From NCBI RefSeq assembly GCF_050270115.1, contig NZ_JBNNJP010000025.1: a stretch of DNA of 64,000 nucleotides; one strand, given 5' to 3'. Below the pieces are notes generated by a model. It was given only the letters and a program-made list of their open reading frames with translations. It was not told where the DNA came from and ran no database searches. Origin of the DNA: Corallococcus interemptor (GTDB lineage: Bacteria; Myxococcota; Myxococcia; Myxococcales; Myxococcaceae). Position numbers and translations under genes: made by a program. This document shows, piece after piece, positions 53,896 to 63,231 of the stretch (positions within the stretch are counted from its first letter, which is position 1; the number at the start of each line of letters is the position of its first letter).

Positions 53896-55409
53896 ACGCT
53901 GGTGCCCTGGTTCGGATCGCGCTGCTGCTGCGTTCCCAATTTCGCCACCACCCTCGCGTCCTGGGGACGCGCGAGGTCGGGGATGTCCACGATGGACACC
54001 TGGCCGTCACCGAAGTTGGTGACGAACAGCCGCGCCGCGTTGGTGCCGGCCGGGTTGTCCACCGTCAGCCCGAAGGCCTGCGAGGGGTTGCTGGTCTGGT
54101 TCTGGTCGTTGACGAGCGGCACCTGCGCCACGACCTGGCCAATGGCCTCGTCGTAGAGGGACAGCGCGCTGTCGCCGGTGCTCGTCACCGCGAGGATGTT
54201 GGAGTTCGCGGCGGGAGTCCCCGGCGTGCGAGCGATGAGCTGCATGTCGCTCACGCCGTCGGGCATGGGCACCGCGGAGACGACGCGGAAGAAGGGCTGG
54301 GTGGCGGCGCCGCCCGGCACCGCGTCGTACTCGAAGTCGATGGTGAGCAGCGTGTCCGGGCCGCGCGCCAGCATGTAGAGCCGCTCGCGCACGAAGTTCG
54401 GGCGCGCCGCCAGCTCCTCCGCCGTCACCGGCCGGGGCACCACGCGCGCCGCGCGCGCCTCGCGGATGAAGAACACCGACTGCAGCGAGGGCTCCAGGAG
54501 CGTGCCGGGGTTGTTCTTGTCCACCAGCCGCAGCACGAAGTTGCCGCCCACCGTGCCGCTGACGCCGGCCACGAAGTTGCGGCCCGTCACGTAGAGGTAG
54601 CCCGCGCCCACCGTCACGGAGTCCGAGCCGCCGTAGGCGTAGCCCGCGGGCGACAGCGGGATGAACCCCAGCGTGTCGCGCGTGGGGTTGTCCAGCTTCA
54701 CCGTGGCCAGGTAGTTCTCGAAGTTGCTGCTGGACTTCGCGGGCGAGTCCGCCGCCTCCGAGTGCGTCACGTACAGGTTGCCGCTCGCCTCATCCACCGT
54801 CACGCCAATGGGCGACGGCGCGCGAGGCAGGCCCGCGCGGCCCTCGTCACTGAGGGACGCCGGGATGTCGTCCGTGAGCGACAGCGCGCCGTTGCGGCAG
54901 TCCACGCCGCCCTGCACGCAGGTGAGCACGGGCGCGCCGTTGGATTCCAGGCTCACGTCCACCGAGTGCAGGTTGTTGCCCTCCGCGCGCGAGGGCACGA
55001 ACAGGCGCGGCAACCCGGTGGCCGGGTTCACCCACATGCCCAGCTCGCCCGCGAAGCTGCGGATCTGCACCAGGGACTCGTCCGCGGACGCCAGGTCCTC
55101 GAAGGCGAGCGAGCCGTCCGGGAGCGCGCCGCCCAGGTGGGGCAGCGTGACCGTCTGCCCGTCCACCTGCGAGTTCAGCGTGTCCAGGTTCAGCGCGACC
55201 ACCGAACCGGAGTCGTAGCAGTTGTCGAAGTTGGCGTTCGCGACGAACAGGTAGCCGTTGCTCGCCGCCGGGCCACCCGCGTCAGGAGGGCGCCAGAACG
55301 CCACCCCGCTGGGGTACACGAAGCGGGTGGACGGAGGCGGGTTCGGTTCGGATTCAATCGAACACGCCCCGAGGAGCAACAGCGCGGGGGTCAGGAAGTG
55401 GAGGCGCAT
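53880..55409 (-). CDS. Lipoprotein, probable beta-propeller fold
   Basis: Lipoprotein signal MRLHFLTPALLLLGAC and recurring G(N)LYVT / GYLFVAN / ARLFVTNFGDGQVSIVD strands. The start is placed at the internal Met; the track ORF extends upstream through Gly/Arg-rich non-coding-like sequence. Confidence 0.55.
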   Translation of the reverse strand: MRLHFLTPALLLLGACSIESEPNPPPSTRFVYPSGVAFWRPPDAGGPAASNGYLFVANANFDNCYDSGSVVALNLDTLNSQVDGQTVTLPHLGGALPDGSLAFEDLASADESLVQIRSFAGELGMWVNPATGLPRLFVPSRAEGNNLHSVDVSLESNGAPVLTCVQGGVDCRNGALSLTDDIPASLSDEGRAGLPRAPSPIGVTVDEASGNLYVTHSEAADSPAKSSSNFENYLATVKLDNPTRDTLGFIPLSPAGYAYGGSDSVTVGAGYLYVTGRNFVAGVSGTVGGNFVLRLVDKNNPGTLLEPSLQSVFFIREARAARVVPRPVTAEELAARPNFVRERLYMLARGPDTLLTIDFEYDAVPGGAATQPFFRVVSAVPMPDGVSDMQLIARTPGTPAANSNILAVTSTGDSALSLYDEAIGQVVAQVPLVNDQNQTSNPSQAFGLTVDNPAGTNAARLFVTNFGDGQVSIVDIPDLARPQDARVVAKLGTQQQRDPNQGTSVCQEN

Positions 55410-55564
55410 CAGAGGGGGGCGGAGTGTAGGAACGCGGCCCTGCCCCGGGCAACTGAATAGGGCTACTGCTATTCCCGGCCGCCCTCCCGCCGACATCCGC
55501 CCCCGCCCGGAAGGCGTGCCCAGCTCCCCTGGAGGGGGGACGGGCACGCTCCGGGGGTGAAGCG

Positions 55565-57664
55565 TCAGGCCTCGGCCTGGATCTTGGAAAAGTCCGCCAC
55601 CTGGTTGAACAGGGCGCCAATCTCCGTGAGGAACCGGATGCGGTTTTCCCGCAGGTCCTTGTCCTCGGCCATCACCATCACCTTGTCGAAGAAGGTGTCC
55701 ACGGCGGGCTTCAGGCCGGTGATCTCCTTCAGCGCGCCGGCGAAGTCGTCCGCGCGCACGCGCTCGCCCACCTTGTCGCGCGCCTGGGTGAAGGCGGTGT
55801 GGAGGTTCTTCTCCGGCTCGTCCGTGAAGCGCTGCGGGTTGGTCTGCCCGCCGGACACGTCCTTGCCCTGCTTCTCCACGATGTTGACCACGCGCTTGAA
55901 CGCCGCCGCCAGCGGCTGGAAGTCCGAGTGGCCCACGAGCACGCTCAGGGCCTCCAGGCGCATCTTCGCCGCCACCAGGTCGTCGAAGCCCACGGCCAGC
56001 ACCGCCTCCACGACGTCGGTGCGGTGCTGCTCGCCCCACAGCGCCTTGAGGCGGCCGCGGAAGAACTCCAGCACCTGCTCGCGCGGGGCCGCCTCGCCCG
56101 GCTTGCGCTTCACGTTGGCCAGCTTGGGGGCCAGCAGGCGCAGCGCCTCATCCACCGCGGCGGACAGGCTGAAGCGGTAGCCCCGTCCCAGCACGATGCG
56201 GATGATGGACAGGCACGCGCGGCGCAGCGCGAACGGATCCGCCGCGCCGGACGGCGCCTTGCCAATGGCGAAGATGCCGCACAGCGAGTCCAGCCGGTCC
56301 GCGAGGCCGATGAGCGCGCCCGCGTCCTGGGACGGCAGCGCGTCCTCGGCGCCGCGGGGCAGGTAGTGCTCGAAGATGGCCAGCGCCACGGCGTCGGGCT
56401 CGCCGCCCGCCTTCGCGTACTCGCGGCCCATCACGCCCTGGAGCTCCGGGAACTCGCCCACCATGCCGGTGACGAGGTCCGCCTTGGACAGCGTGGCGGC
56501 GCGCTCCACCGTGGCCGCCTCCCCTGCCCTGCCGGTGGCCTGGGCCAGCCAGCCCGCCAGCGCGCGGAAGCGCTCCACCTTCTCCAGGTACGTGCCCAGC
56601 TGGCCCTGCCACACCACGCGGCCCAGCTTCTCCACGCGGTCCGCCAGCGGCGTGCGGCGGTCCTCGTCGAAGAAGAAGCGCCCGTCCGCGAGCCGCGCCG
56701 CCAGCACGCGCTGGTAGCCGCGCAGGGACAGCTGCTCGTCGCGCACCGGCGTGTTGGACACGGCGATGAAGCGCGGCAGGAGCTTCCCCTTCGCGTCCGT
56801 CAGGGAGAAGTAGCGCTGGTGGCTCTTCATCTCCTGCACCAGGACCTCTGGCGGCAGGTCCAGGTGGCGCTCCTCGAAGCTGCCCACCACGGGGCTCGGC
56901 AGCTCCACCAGGTTCGTCACCTGGTCCACCAGGCCCTCGTCCTCCAGCAGCCGCGCACCCGCCGAAGCGGCGGCGGCGTTCACCTTGCGCAGCAGCTCCG
57001 CGCGGCGCTTCGCGACGTCCGCCACCACGTGCGCCTTCTCCAGCGCGGCCTCGTAGTCCGAGGGTGCCTTCAGCGTGATGGCGCCCGGCGCGAGGAAGCG
57101 GTGGCCGTAGGTCGTGCGGCCCGCCTTCACGTCGCCCAGCACCACCGGCAGCTCCGTGCCGCCCAGGAGCGCCACCAGCCACTGCACCGGGCGCGCGAAG
57201 GCCGTGTCCACGTCACCCCAGCGCATGGACTTCTTGAAGCTGATGCCGTGCACCGCCGCATGCGCCGCGTCCTGGAGGATGGCCTCCGCCGGACGGCCCT
57301 TCTCCTCCACGCGCGCGGAGAGGTACTCGCCCTTGGCCGTGGTGGTGCGCCCGAGCGCGTCCACGGACAGCTTGAGGCTTTCGGCGAACTTCTCCGCGGC
57401 CTTGGTGGGCTTGCCCTGCGCGTCGAAGGCGGCCTTGGCGCTGGGGCCCAGCACCTCCTTCGTGATGTCCTCGCCCGCGTCCGCCACGTCGCGGACCAGG
57501 ACGGCCAGCCGGCGCGGCGTGCCGAACGTGCGCACCTCGCCGTGCTTCAGGCGGGCGTCGGCCATGCGCTCGGTGAGCACGCGCTTCAGGTCCTCCATCG
57601 CGGGGATGATGAACGACGCCGGGATCTCCTCGGCACCGACCTCCAGGAGCAGATCACGCGCCAC
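55565..57664 (-). CDS. glyS: Glycine--tRNA ligase beta subunit
   Basis: [19 protein letters not shown] is the canonical GlyS N-terminus; 699 aa. Confidence 0.9.
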   Translation of the reverse strand: MARDLLLEVGAEEIPASFIIPAMEDLKRVLTERMADARLKHGEVRTFGTPRRLAVLVRDVADAGEDITKEVLGPSAKAAFDAQGKPTKAAEKFAESLKLSVDALGRTTTAKGEYLSARVEEKGRPAEAILQDAAHAAVHGISFKKSMRWGDVDTAFARPVQWLVALLGGTELPVVLGDVKAGRTTYGHRFLAPGAITLKAPSDYEAALEKAHVVADVAKRRAELLRKVNAAAASAGARLLEDEGLVDQVTNLVELPSPVVGSFEERHLDLPPEVLVQEMKSHQRYFSLTDAKGKLLPRFIAVSNTPVRDEQLSLRGYQRVLAARLADGRFFFDEDRRTPLADRVEKLGRVVWQGQLGTYLEKVERFRALAGWLAQATGRAGEAATVERAATLSKADLVTGMVGEFPELQGVMGREYAKAGGEPDAVALAIFEHYLPRGAEDALPSQDAGALIGLADRLDSLCGIFAIGKAPSGAADPFALRRACLSIIRIVLGRGYRFSLSAAVDEALRLLAPKLANVKRKPGEAAPREQVLEFFRGRLKALWGEQHRTDVVEAVLAVGFDDLVAAKMRLEALSVLVGHSDFQPLAAAFKRVVNIVEKQGKDVSGGQTNPQRFTDEPEKNLHTAFTQARDKVGERVRADDFAGALKEITGLKPAVDTFFDKVMVMAEDKDLRENRIRFLTEIGALFNQVADFSKIQAEA

Positions 57665-58646
57665 GGGACACCTCCGCCTTCTCCTTCTTCTCCACCGGCT
57701 TGTTGAGCTGCACCGTCTTCCAGTAGTCGCTGGCGGGCTTGCCCTCCAGCACCGGCGGCTGCTCGCCCACGGTCCACGGCGTCTTCGTCAGCGGGTAGCC
57801 CAGCCGCTCGCGCATCTGCAGGTAGCCCTCCGCGCACAGGCGCGCGTTGTCACGCACGCGCTTGATGAAGTTGGCGCGCTCGGTGACGGAGATGGCGCCG
57901 CGCGCGTCCAGCAGGTTGAACGTGTGCGAGCACTTCAGCGCGTAGTCGTACGCGGGGATGGGCAGGTGGCGCTCGATGAGCCGCTTGCACTCCTTCTCGT
58001 ACGCGTCGAACATCGAGAAGAGCATCTGCGGGTCGGACTCGTGGAGGGCGTACTTGCTCATCTCCACTTCGTTCGCGTGGAACACCTCGCGGTACTTCAC
58101 GCCCTTGACCCACTCGATGTCGTAGACGTTCTCCACGTTCTGCAGGTTCATCATCAGGCGCTCGAGCCCGTACGTCAGCTCCGCGGACACGGGGCGGCAG
58201 TCGAAGCCGCCGCACTGCTGGAAGTAGGTGAACTGCGTCACCTCCATCCCGTCGCACCACACCTCCCAGCCCAGGCCCCAGGCGCCCAGCGTGGGGGACT
58301 CCCAGTCGTCCTCGACGAAGCGGATGTCGTGCTCCAGCGGATCCAGCCCCACCTTCCGCAGCGACTCCAGGTACAGCTCCTGGACGTTCTTGGGCGCGGG
58401 CTTGAGGATGACCTGGAACTGGTGGTGCTGGAACAGGCGGTTCGGGTTCTCACCGAAGCGGCCGTCGGCGGGGCGCCGCGAGGGCTGCACGTAGGCGACA
58501 TTCCAGGGCTCGGGACCGAGCGCGCGGAGGAACGTGTACGGGGCCATCGTGCCCGCGCCGACTTCCGTGTCGTACGACTGGGTGACGATGCATCCCTGGT
58601 CGGCCCAGTGCTTCTGGAGCGTGAGGATGAGGTCCTGGAAATACAT
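57654..58646 (-). CDS. glyQ: Glycine--tRNA ligase alpha subunit
   Basis: [21 protein letters not shown]…[12 protein letters not shown]. Overlaps glyS by 11 nt. Confidence 0.9.
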   Translation of the reverse strand: MYFQDLILTLQKHWADQGCIVTQSYDTEVGAGTMAPYTFLRALGPEPWNVAYVQPSRRPADGRFGENPNRLFQHHQFQVILKPAPKNVQELYLESLRKVGLDPLEHDIRFVEDDWESPTLGAWGLGWEVWCDGMEVTQFTYFQQCGGFDCRPVSAELTYGLERLMMNLQNVENVYDIEWVKGVKYREVFHANEVEMSKYALHESDPQMLFSMFDAYEKECKRLIERHLPIPAYDYALKCSHTFNLLDARGAISVTERANFIKRVRDNARLCAEGYLQMRERLGYPLTKTPWTVGEQPPVLEGKPASDYWKTVQLNKPVEKKEKAEVSRGA

Positions 58647-58735
58647 GTTGGCGAGTCCTTCTCGCAGTGCGTCGAAGGCGAAGGCGGAACGCGGCGGACC
58701 CTAGTGAGGGGGTCCAGGAGCGTCAAGGACGGCAG

Positions 58736-61021
58736 TCAGTCCGCGTAGGCCGGGAGGTCGGCCAGTCGAATCTGCAGCTTCGTCACCTCGCCGGGACGGA
58801 TGGGAGCGGACAACAGCTTGCTCGTTCCGCCGGGGTCCTGCGGGTCCACCACGCGCAGACGGTAGGTGCCCACGGGCAGCGGGAACTTCGTCAGGGGAGA
58901 CGTGCCCAGCTGCGTGGCGCCGTCGAACACCGCCGCGTTCCTCGGCACCGTGTAGAGCGTCAGCCAACCCAGGCCCGCCTTCGCCGCGCCATGCGTGGTG
59001 GAGGTGTCGAGCACCTCGGGGTTCTCTTCCTGGGTGACGGTCGTGACGGGCTCCGGGGCCCGCGCCGAGGGCTCGGGCTTCGCCGGGCGCGGCTCGGCCT
59101 TCGCCACCGCGGGCGCGTCCGTCGAGGTGGCGGTGGTCACGGCGCCGGGCTTCGGCTTGCGGCCGCCCTTGCCCGCGGGCGTCTTCTTCGTGTCGACGGG
59201 CGTCGCCTCCACCACCGGTTCGGGCGTGGGCGGCTCGGGCTCCGGGGCCTTCTCGGGCTCGGGGGACTTCTGGGCGAAGCCCGGCGGAGGCCCGGAGGGC
59301 TTCGGCGGCCACTGCCCGTTCGCGGCGGGGTCCTCGGGCGGCGGCGGATCCAGCTCCGCCTTCACCCACTGCTTCGCGGACTCGTACGCGGGCATGAACA
59401 CGCGGCGCACGGGTTCGAGCGTCGCCAGGTAGCCCACGCCGCCCAGGAGGAGCAGCAGCAGGAGCCGCATGCCCCAGCCGGAGCCCTCGCGCGCGGGCGC
59501 GGCCTTGGGGGACGGCGGCGCCTCGGCGACGTCCTCCTCCGCCTGCCTCGCGGGGCGCGCGGTGCCTCGCACCGGACGGGTCCGGAAGCGCTGCGTCTGG
59601 AGCTCGCTGGGGGGATTCAGCAGCTCGCCGTCCTGGGCCTGGGCCTCGGCGGGCTCGGGACGGGCGGTGGGACGGGCTCGCGAGGGCCGCGCGGCGTCCG
59701 CGGGCGGACGCACCACCCGGGGCGCGGGCGCAGGGTCCGAGCCCGAGGGCCGCTGCGCTCGCGGCGTCACGGCCGGCGTGTTCAGGCGCGAGGCACGGGC
59801 GTCGGCGGCGTCCGTGGCGGGACGCGGGGTCGCGCGTGGGGCGGGCGCCGCGGACTCGGCCGCGGTGCGGCGGACAGGCGTGGGCTTGAAGGATGCCGCG
59901 ACGTCCGCGTGCGGAGACTTCACCTGCGCGGTGGCCGCGGAGGCGGACTGATCCGTCCCCTCCTCCGCCTGGAGCGCGCCGGCGGCCTCGCTGACGCGGG
60001 CATCCTCGGCGCGGCTGGCCAGCTCCAGGAGCGTGCGCGTCTTCTGGCGCTTCTCCTCGAAGAGCTCGCCCATGACGGCGGTCATCTGGTCTTCGTCGAA
60101 GACCTCGGAGCCCAGCGTGGCCTCGATGGCGCGCGCCATCTCCCGGCACGTGCCGAAGCGCTGGGTGGCGTCGCGCTGCAGCGCCTTGAGCACCACCGCT
60201 TCCAGGGCCTCCGGCACGGCCGCGTTGAGCGAGCGCGGCGCGGGGATGTCCCCGTCCACGATCTGCATCATCACGGCGGCCTCGCCCGGGGCGTTGAACA
60301 GGCGCTGTCCGGCCAGCAGCTCATGGAGCATCACGCCCGCGGAGAACTGGTCGCTGCGGCCATCCAGGTCCTTGTTGCGCACCTGCTCCGGGGACATGTA
60401 GCCGCTGGTCCCCTTCACGGTGCCCACCTGGGTGCGGCCCAGCTTGCCGCGCGCCTTGGCGATGCCGAAGTCGATCACCTTCACGACGCCGTCGTAGGTG
60501 ATCATCACGTTCTTCGGGGACACGTCGCGGTGCACCACCGCCACGGGGCGGCCCGACGGATCCATGAAGTGGTGGGCGTAGTGCAGGCCCAGGCACGTGT
60601 CGCGCATCACGCGCGCGCTGAAGCCCAGCGGCAGCGCGTACTTGCGCCGCTCCGCCATCTTCACCACCTGCTCCAGGTTCTGGCCGGGCAGGAACTCCAT
60701 GGCGAGGTACAGCTCGCCGTCCTCCTCGCCCAGGTCGAACACCTGTCCGATGTTCGCGTGCGAGAAGGCCGCGGTGATGCGCGCCTCGTCGAGGAACATC
60801 TTGACGAACTGGTCGTCCTTCTTGATGTCCGGGAGGATCTGCTTCACCGCCACGAACTTGCGGAAGCCACCGGGGCCGGAAGTGAAGGCGAGGAACAGCT
60901 CCGCCATCCCTCCCATCGAGAGTCGAGTGAGAATCTCGTACTTTCCGATGCGCCGCCCCCGGTCGGGATCGTCTCCGGCGCCACCCTGCATGCTCATGGC
61001 GGGGCGGATGTTACCCGCCAC
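58736..61021 (-). CDS. Ser/Thr protein kinase with a Pro-rich linker, a TM segment and a C-terminal PEGA domain
   Basis: Hanks kinase motifs (VAVKQI, HRDVSPKNVMI, DFGIAK, GTSGYMSPEQ), a long Pro/Ala-rich region, TM LLLLLLLGGVGYL, and PEGA TYRLRVVDPQDPGGTSKLLSAPIRPGEVTKLQIRL. Confidence 0.85.
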   Translation of the reverse strand: MAGNIRPAMSMQGGAGDDPDRGRRIGKYEILTRLSMGGMAELFLAFTSGPGGFRKFVAVKQILPDIKKDDQFVKMFLDEARITAAFSHANIGQVFDLGEEDGELYLAMEFLPGQNLEQVVKMAERRKYALPLGFSARVMRDTCLGLHYAHHFMDPSGRPVAVVHRDVSPKNVMITYDGVVKVIDFGIAKARGKLGRTQVGTVKGTSGYMSPEQVRNKDLDGRSDQFSAGVMLHELLAGQRLFNAPGEAAVMMQIVDGDIPAPRSLNAAVPEALEAVVLKALQRDATQRFGTCREMARAIEATLGSEVFDEDQMTAVMGELFEEKRQKTRTLLELASRAEDARVSEAAGALQAEEGTDQSASAATAQVKSPHADVAASFKPTPVRRTAAESAAPAPRATPRPATDAADARASRLNTPAVTPRAQRPSGSDPAPAPRVVRPPADAARPSRARPTARPEPAEAQAQDGELLNPPSELQTQRFRTRPVRGTARPARQAEEDVAEAPPSPKAAPAREGSGWGMRLLLLLLLGGVGYLATLEPVRRVFMPAYESAKQWVKAELDPPPPEDPAANGQWPPKPSGPPPGFAQKSPEPEKAPEPEPPTPEPVVEATPVDTKKTPAGKGGRKPKPGAVTTATSTDAPAVAKAEPRPAKPEPSARAPEPVTTVTQEENPEVLDTSTTHGAAKAGLGWLTLYTVPRNAAVFDGATQLGTSPLTKFPLPVGTYRLRVVDPQDPGGTSKLLSAPIRPGEVTKLQIRLADLPAYAD

Positions 61022-61092
61022 GCCCTCCCAGGTCGATGCTTGTCTTTCCAGCCGGGCTCCGTCCCCGCCGGCCGGAGCCCGGTGAAAGCGGA

Positions 61093-61881
61093 TTAGGCAC
61101 CAAACCGCCGGCGCCGCACGTCGAGCATCCAGCCCTCCAGCGCGGCCACGGCCTCCGGTTGTGGCTCCAGAGGCAACACCGAGGCCTCATCCGCCGCGTC
61201 GAGCACCTCGAAGGCGCGCGACACCTCCCGCCGCCACTGCTCGCCGAGCGCGTCGTCCAGCTCGATGTGCTCCCCGCTCCGCTTGCGCTCCACCAGCGCG
61301 CGGGCCTGGCCAAAGCCATACGGCTCCAGGAGGACGGTGACGTCCGTCTCCACCTCGCCCGTGCGCAGCGCATGCGTCCCGGTGAGCGTGGTGCGCAGCA
61401 CGTACAGCAGCTTCTTCACGGACTTGAAGCCGCTCTTCTCCCACTCGCGGAGCTGCCCATGCGCGAAGCCGCGGTAGTGCCGGTGGATGCGCCGGGACAG
61501 CGTGGCCCGCACCAACGGCTTCAGCGACTCCAGCTCCGGCAGGGCGCGCACGGTGATGGCCCCGAGCACCCGCTCGATGTAGTTGCCATTGCCCTGGAGG
61601 ATGCCCAGCAGCACCGGCTGCAGCTCGTTGGACGAGTAGTCCACCTCCACGCCCTCCAGCACCTCCATCCGCTCCGCCGTCACGTGCCGGGGCTGGAGGC
61701 CGAGGAGCGCGGCGGTGGGCGCGATGTGGATGCACTTGAGGTCCAGGTCGCTGTCATGCGACGGGAACCCGTACGCATGCGCGCCGGACAGCGAGACGAC
61801 CAGGTGCTCGCGCTTGAGGGACTCGGCGTCCAGCACGCGGTCCGCCATCCGTTCCTGATGCTCCGTCACCTTGCCCTTCAT
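61093..61881 (-). CDS. Pol-beta-superfamily nucleotidyltransferase (RlaP/PF10127-like)
   Basis: VVSLSGAHAYGFPSHDSDLDLKCIH (GS-x9-DxD). The ATG overlaps the stop of the upstream paralogue (ATGA). Confidence 0.6.
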   Translation of the reverse strand: MKGKVTEHQERMADRVLDAESLKREHLVVSLSGAHAYGFPSHDSDLDLKCIHIAPTAALLGLQPRHVTAERMEVLEGVEVDYSSNELQPVLLGILQGNGNYIERVLGAITVRALPELESLKPLVRATLSRRIHRHYRGFAHGQLREWEKSGFKSVKKLLYVLRTTLTGTHALRTGEVETDVTVLLEPYGFGQARALVERKRSGEHIELDDALGEQWRREVSRAFEVLDAADEASVLPLEPQPEAVAALEGWMLDVRRRRFGA

Positions 61882-63167
61882 TCCGTCCCTCCTTCCAGCG
61901 CCGGAGCCTCCGGCGCGTCACGGCCCAGCGGTCCGGGCGTCTTCGACACCCAGCGCCGCGCCACTTCCTCTCCCACGCGCCGCAGCAGCCGGTCCGCGCG
62001 GGCGTAGTCCGGATGCTCCGGCAGCCGGCTCTCCCGGTGCGCGGCCTCCAGCGCGGGCGCCATCGCCTCGGCGTCGCGCAGCACGTCCTCCAGTGGCACC
62101 TGCCCGCCCTTGATGTCGAGCAGCCGCGCCTTCAACGCCCCCGTCGCCTCGAAGGTCGGCACGCCGTCGCGCAGCCAGCCCGTCGCCAGCGCCACCAGCC
62201 GCAGCAGGTTGTAGGCGTTCTTCGGCCGCAGCTCCCGCGCGGACGGAGGGCGCTGTCCGCCACCGCGCGCGTACGCCGTGAGCGCCGCGAAGTCGTTCGC
62301 CGCGAGCAGCCCCTGGTCCCAGAGCGAGCGGTAGAGCTGCTTGACGTATGTCTTCGCCGCGAGCACCGCGTCCTCCCGCGTGGGCGCGGCGCGAGGCGAC
62401 ACCGCGGCCAGGCGGCGGGCCACCTCGTCCAGGTCCGGCGTGGGCTCCTCGCACAGCCACTCGAGGAGCAGATCGCGGTGCTCCGCCAGCCGCTGGCTGC
62501 GGGTGAGCTTGTCGAGCTGGCTCATCGCATAGCGCCCGAAGCTGCCGAAGATGGCCTTGGAGACGAAGGCCTCGCGAGCCTCCAGCACCCACGTGCCCAG
62601 CTCGTCCACCGCCGTCGCGCCAGGGACGAAGAGGGTCTCCAGCGTGTTCGGATCCGCGCGCAGCGCCTGCTCCACCGTCTTGCGGACCTCCCAGTACGTG
62701 GTGCTGCCGTCCGCGCTCACCAGGTCCTGCGGCGGCTGGGCCAGGCCCAGCGTCCACGGCAGGGGCAGCGCGAACACGCCGCGCACGTCCACGTCGGAGC
62801 GCTCATCCGCGAGCCCCCACGCATGACTGCCCACGCGCGTCTCCAGCACCACGCACGGCCGCAGCGCGCTCCAGGCCGCCTCGCGCCGCTGGGCGAACTG
62901 CACCTGTCCCGTGCGCCGGGGCACCAGCTCATCGCGCGCGAACCACACCTCGCCCACGCCGACAATCTGCACGTCGAAGCCGCCGTCATGCGCGCGCACC
63001 ACCCGGCCCACCACACCCTGGGGGATGCGGCGGCCTCCGGAGGCCACGCGCTCCACGCGCGTCGTGACCTCGGTGCCGTGCGGCAGGGGCACCGACAGCC
63101 GGTCGATCTGCTCCAGGCCCCGGACGCGCACCGGAGTGGAGGAAGACGTCTCTCGGGTGTCACTCAT
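61878..63167 (-). CDS. Pol-beta-superfamily nucleotidyltransferase paralogue with an extra ~95-aa N-terminal domain
   Basis: LETRVGSHAWGLADERSDVDVRGVF (GS-x9-DxD), homologous to the downstream gene. Confidence 0.6.
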   Translation of the reverse strand: MSDTRETSSSTPVRVRGLEQIDRLSVPLPHGTEVTTRVERVASGGRRIPQGVVGRVVRAHDGGFDVQIVGVGEVWFARDELVPRRTGQVQFAQRREAAWSALRPCVVLETRVGSHAWGLADERSDVDVRGVFALPLPWTLGLAQPPQDLVSADGSTTYWEVRKTVEQALRADPNTLETLFVPGATAVDELGTWVLEAREAFVSKAIFGSFGRYAMSQLDKLTRSQRLAEHRDLLLEWLCEEPTPDLDEVARRLAAVSPRAAPTREDAVLAAKTYVKQLYRSLWDQGLLAANDFAALTAYARGGGQRPPSARELRPKNAYNLLRLVALATGWLRDGVPTFEATGALKARLLDIKGGQVPLEDVLRDAEAMAPALEAAHRESRLPEHPDYARADRLLRRVGEEVARRWVSKTPGPLGRDAPEAPALEGGTE

Positions 63168-63231
63168 CGGTCCCTCCTGGATGGAGCTGCTGGGCCACGC
63201 AGGACGCAGCGAAGCACAGGAGCCTGACCCG

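Noticed and set aside
61093-63167. CBASS-type CD-NTase pair
   Set aside because: GS…DxD spacing is the short minimal-NTase type rather than the CD-NTase GS…[DE]h[DE]h…h[DE] arrangement, and there are no adjacent effector or Cap genes; kept as generic Pol-beta NTases.
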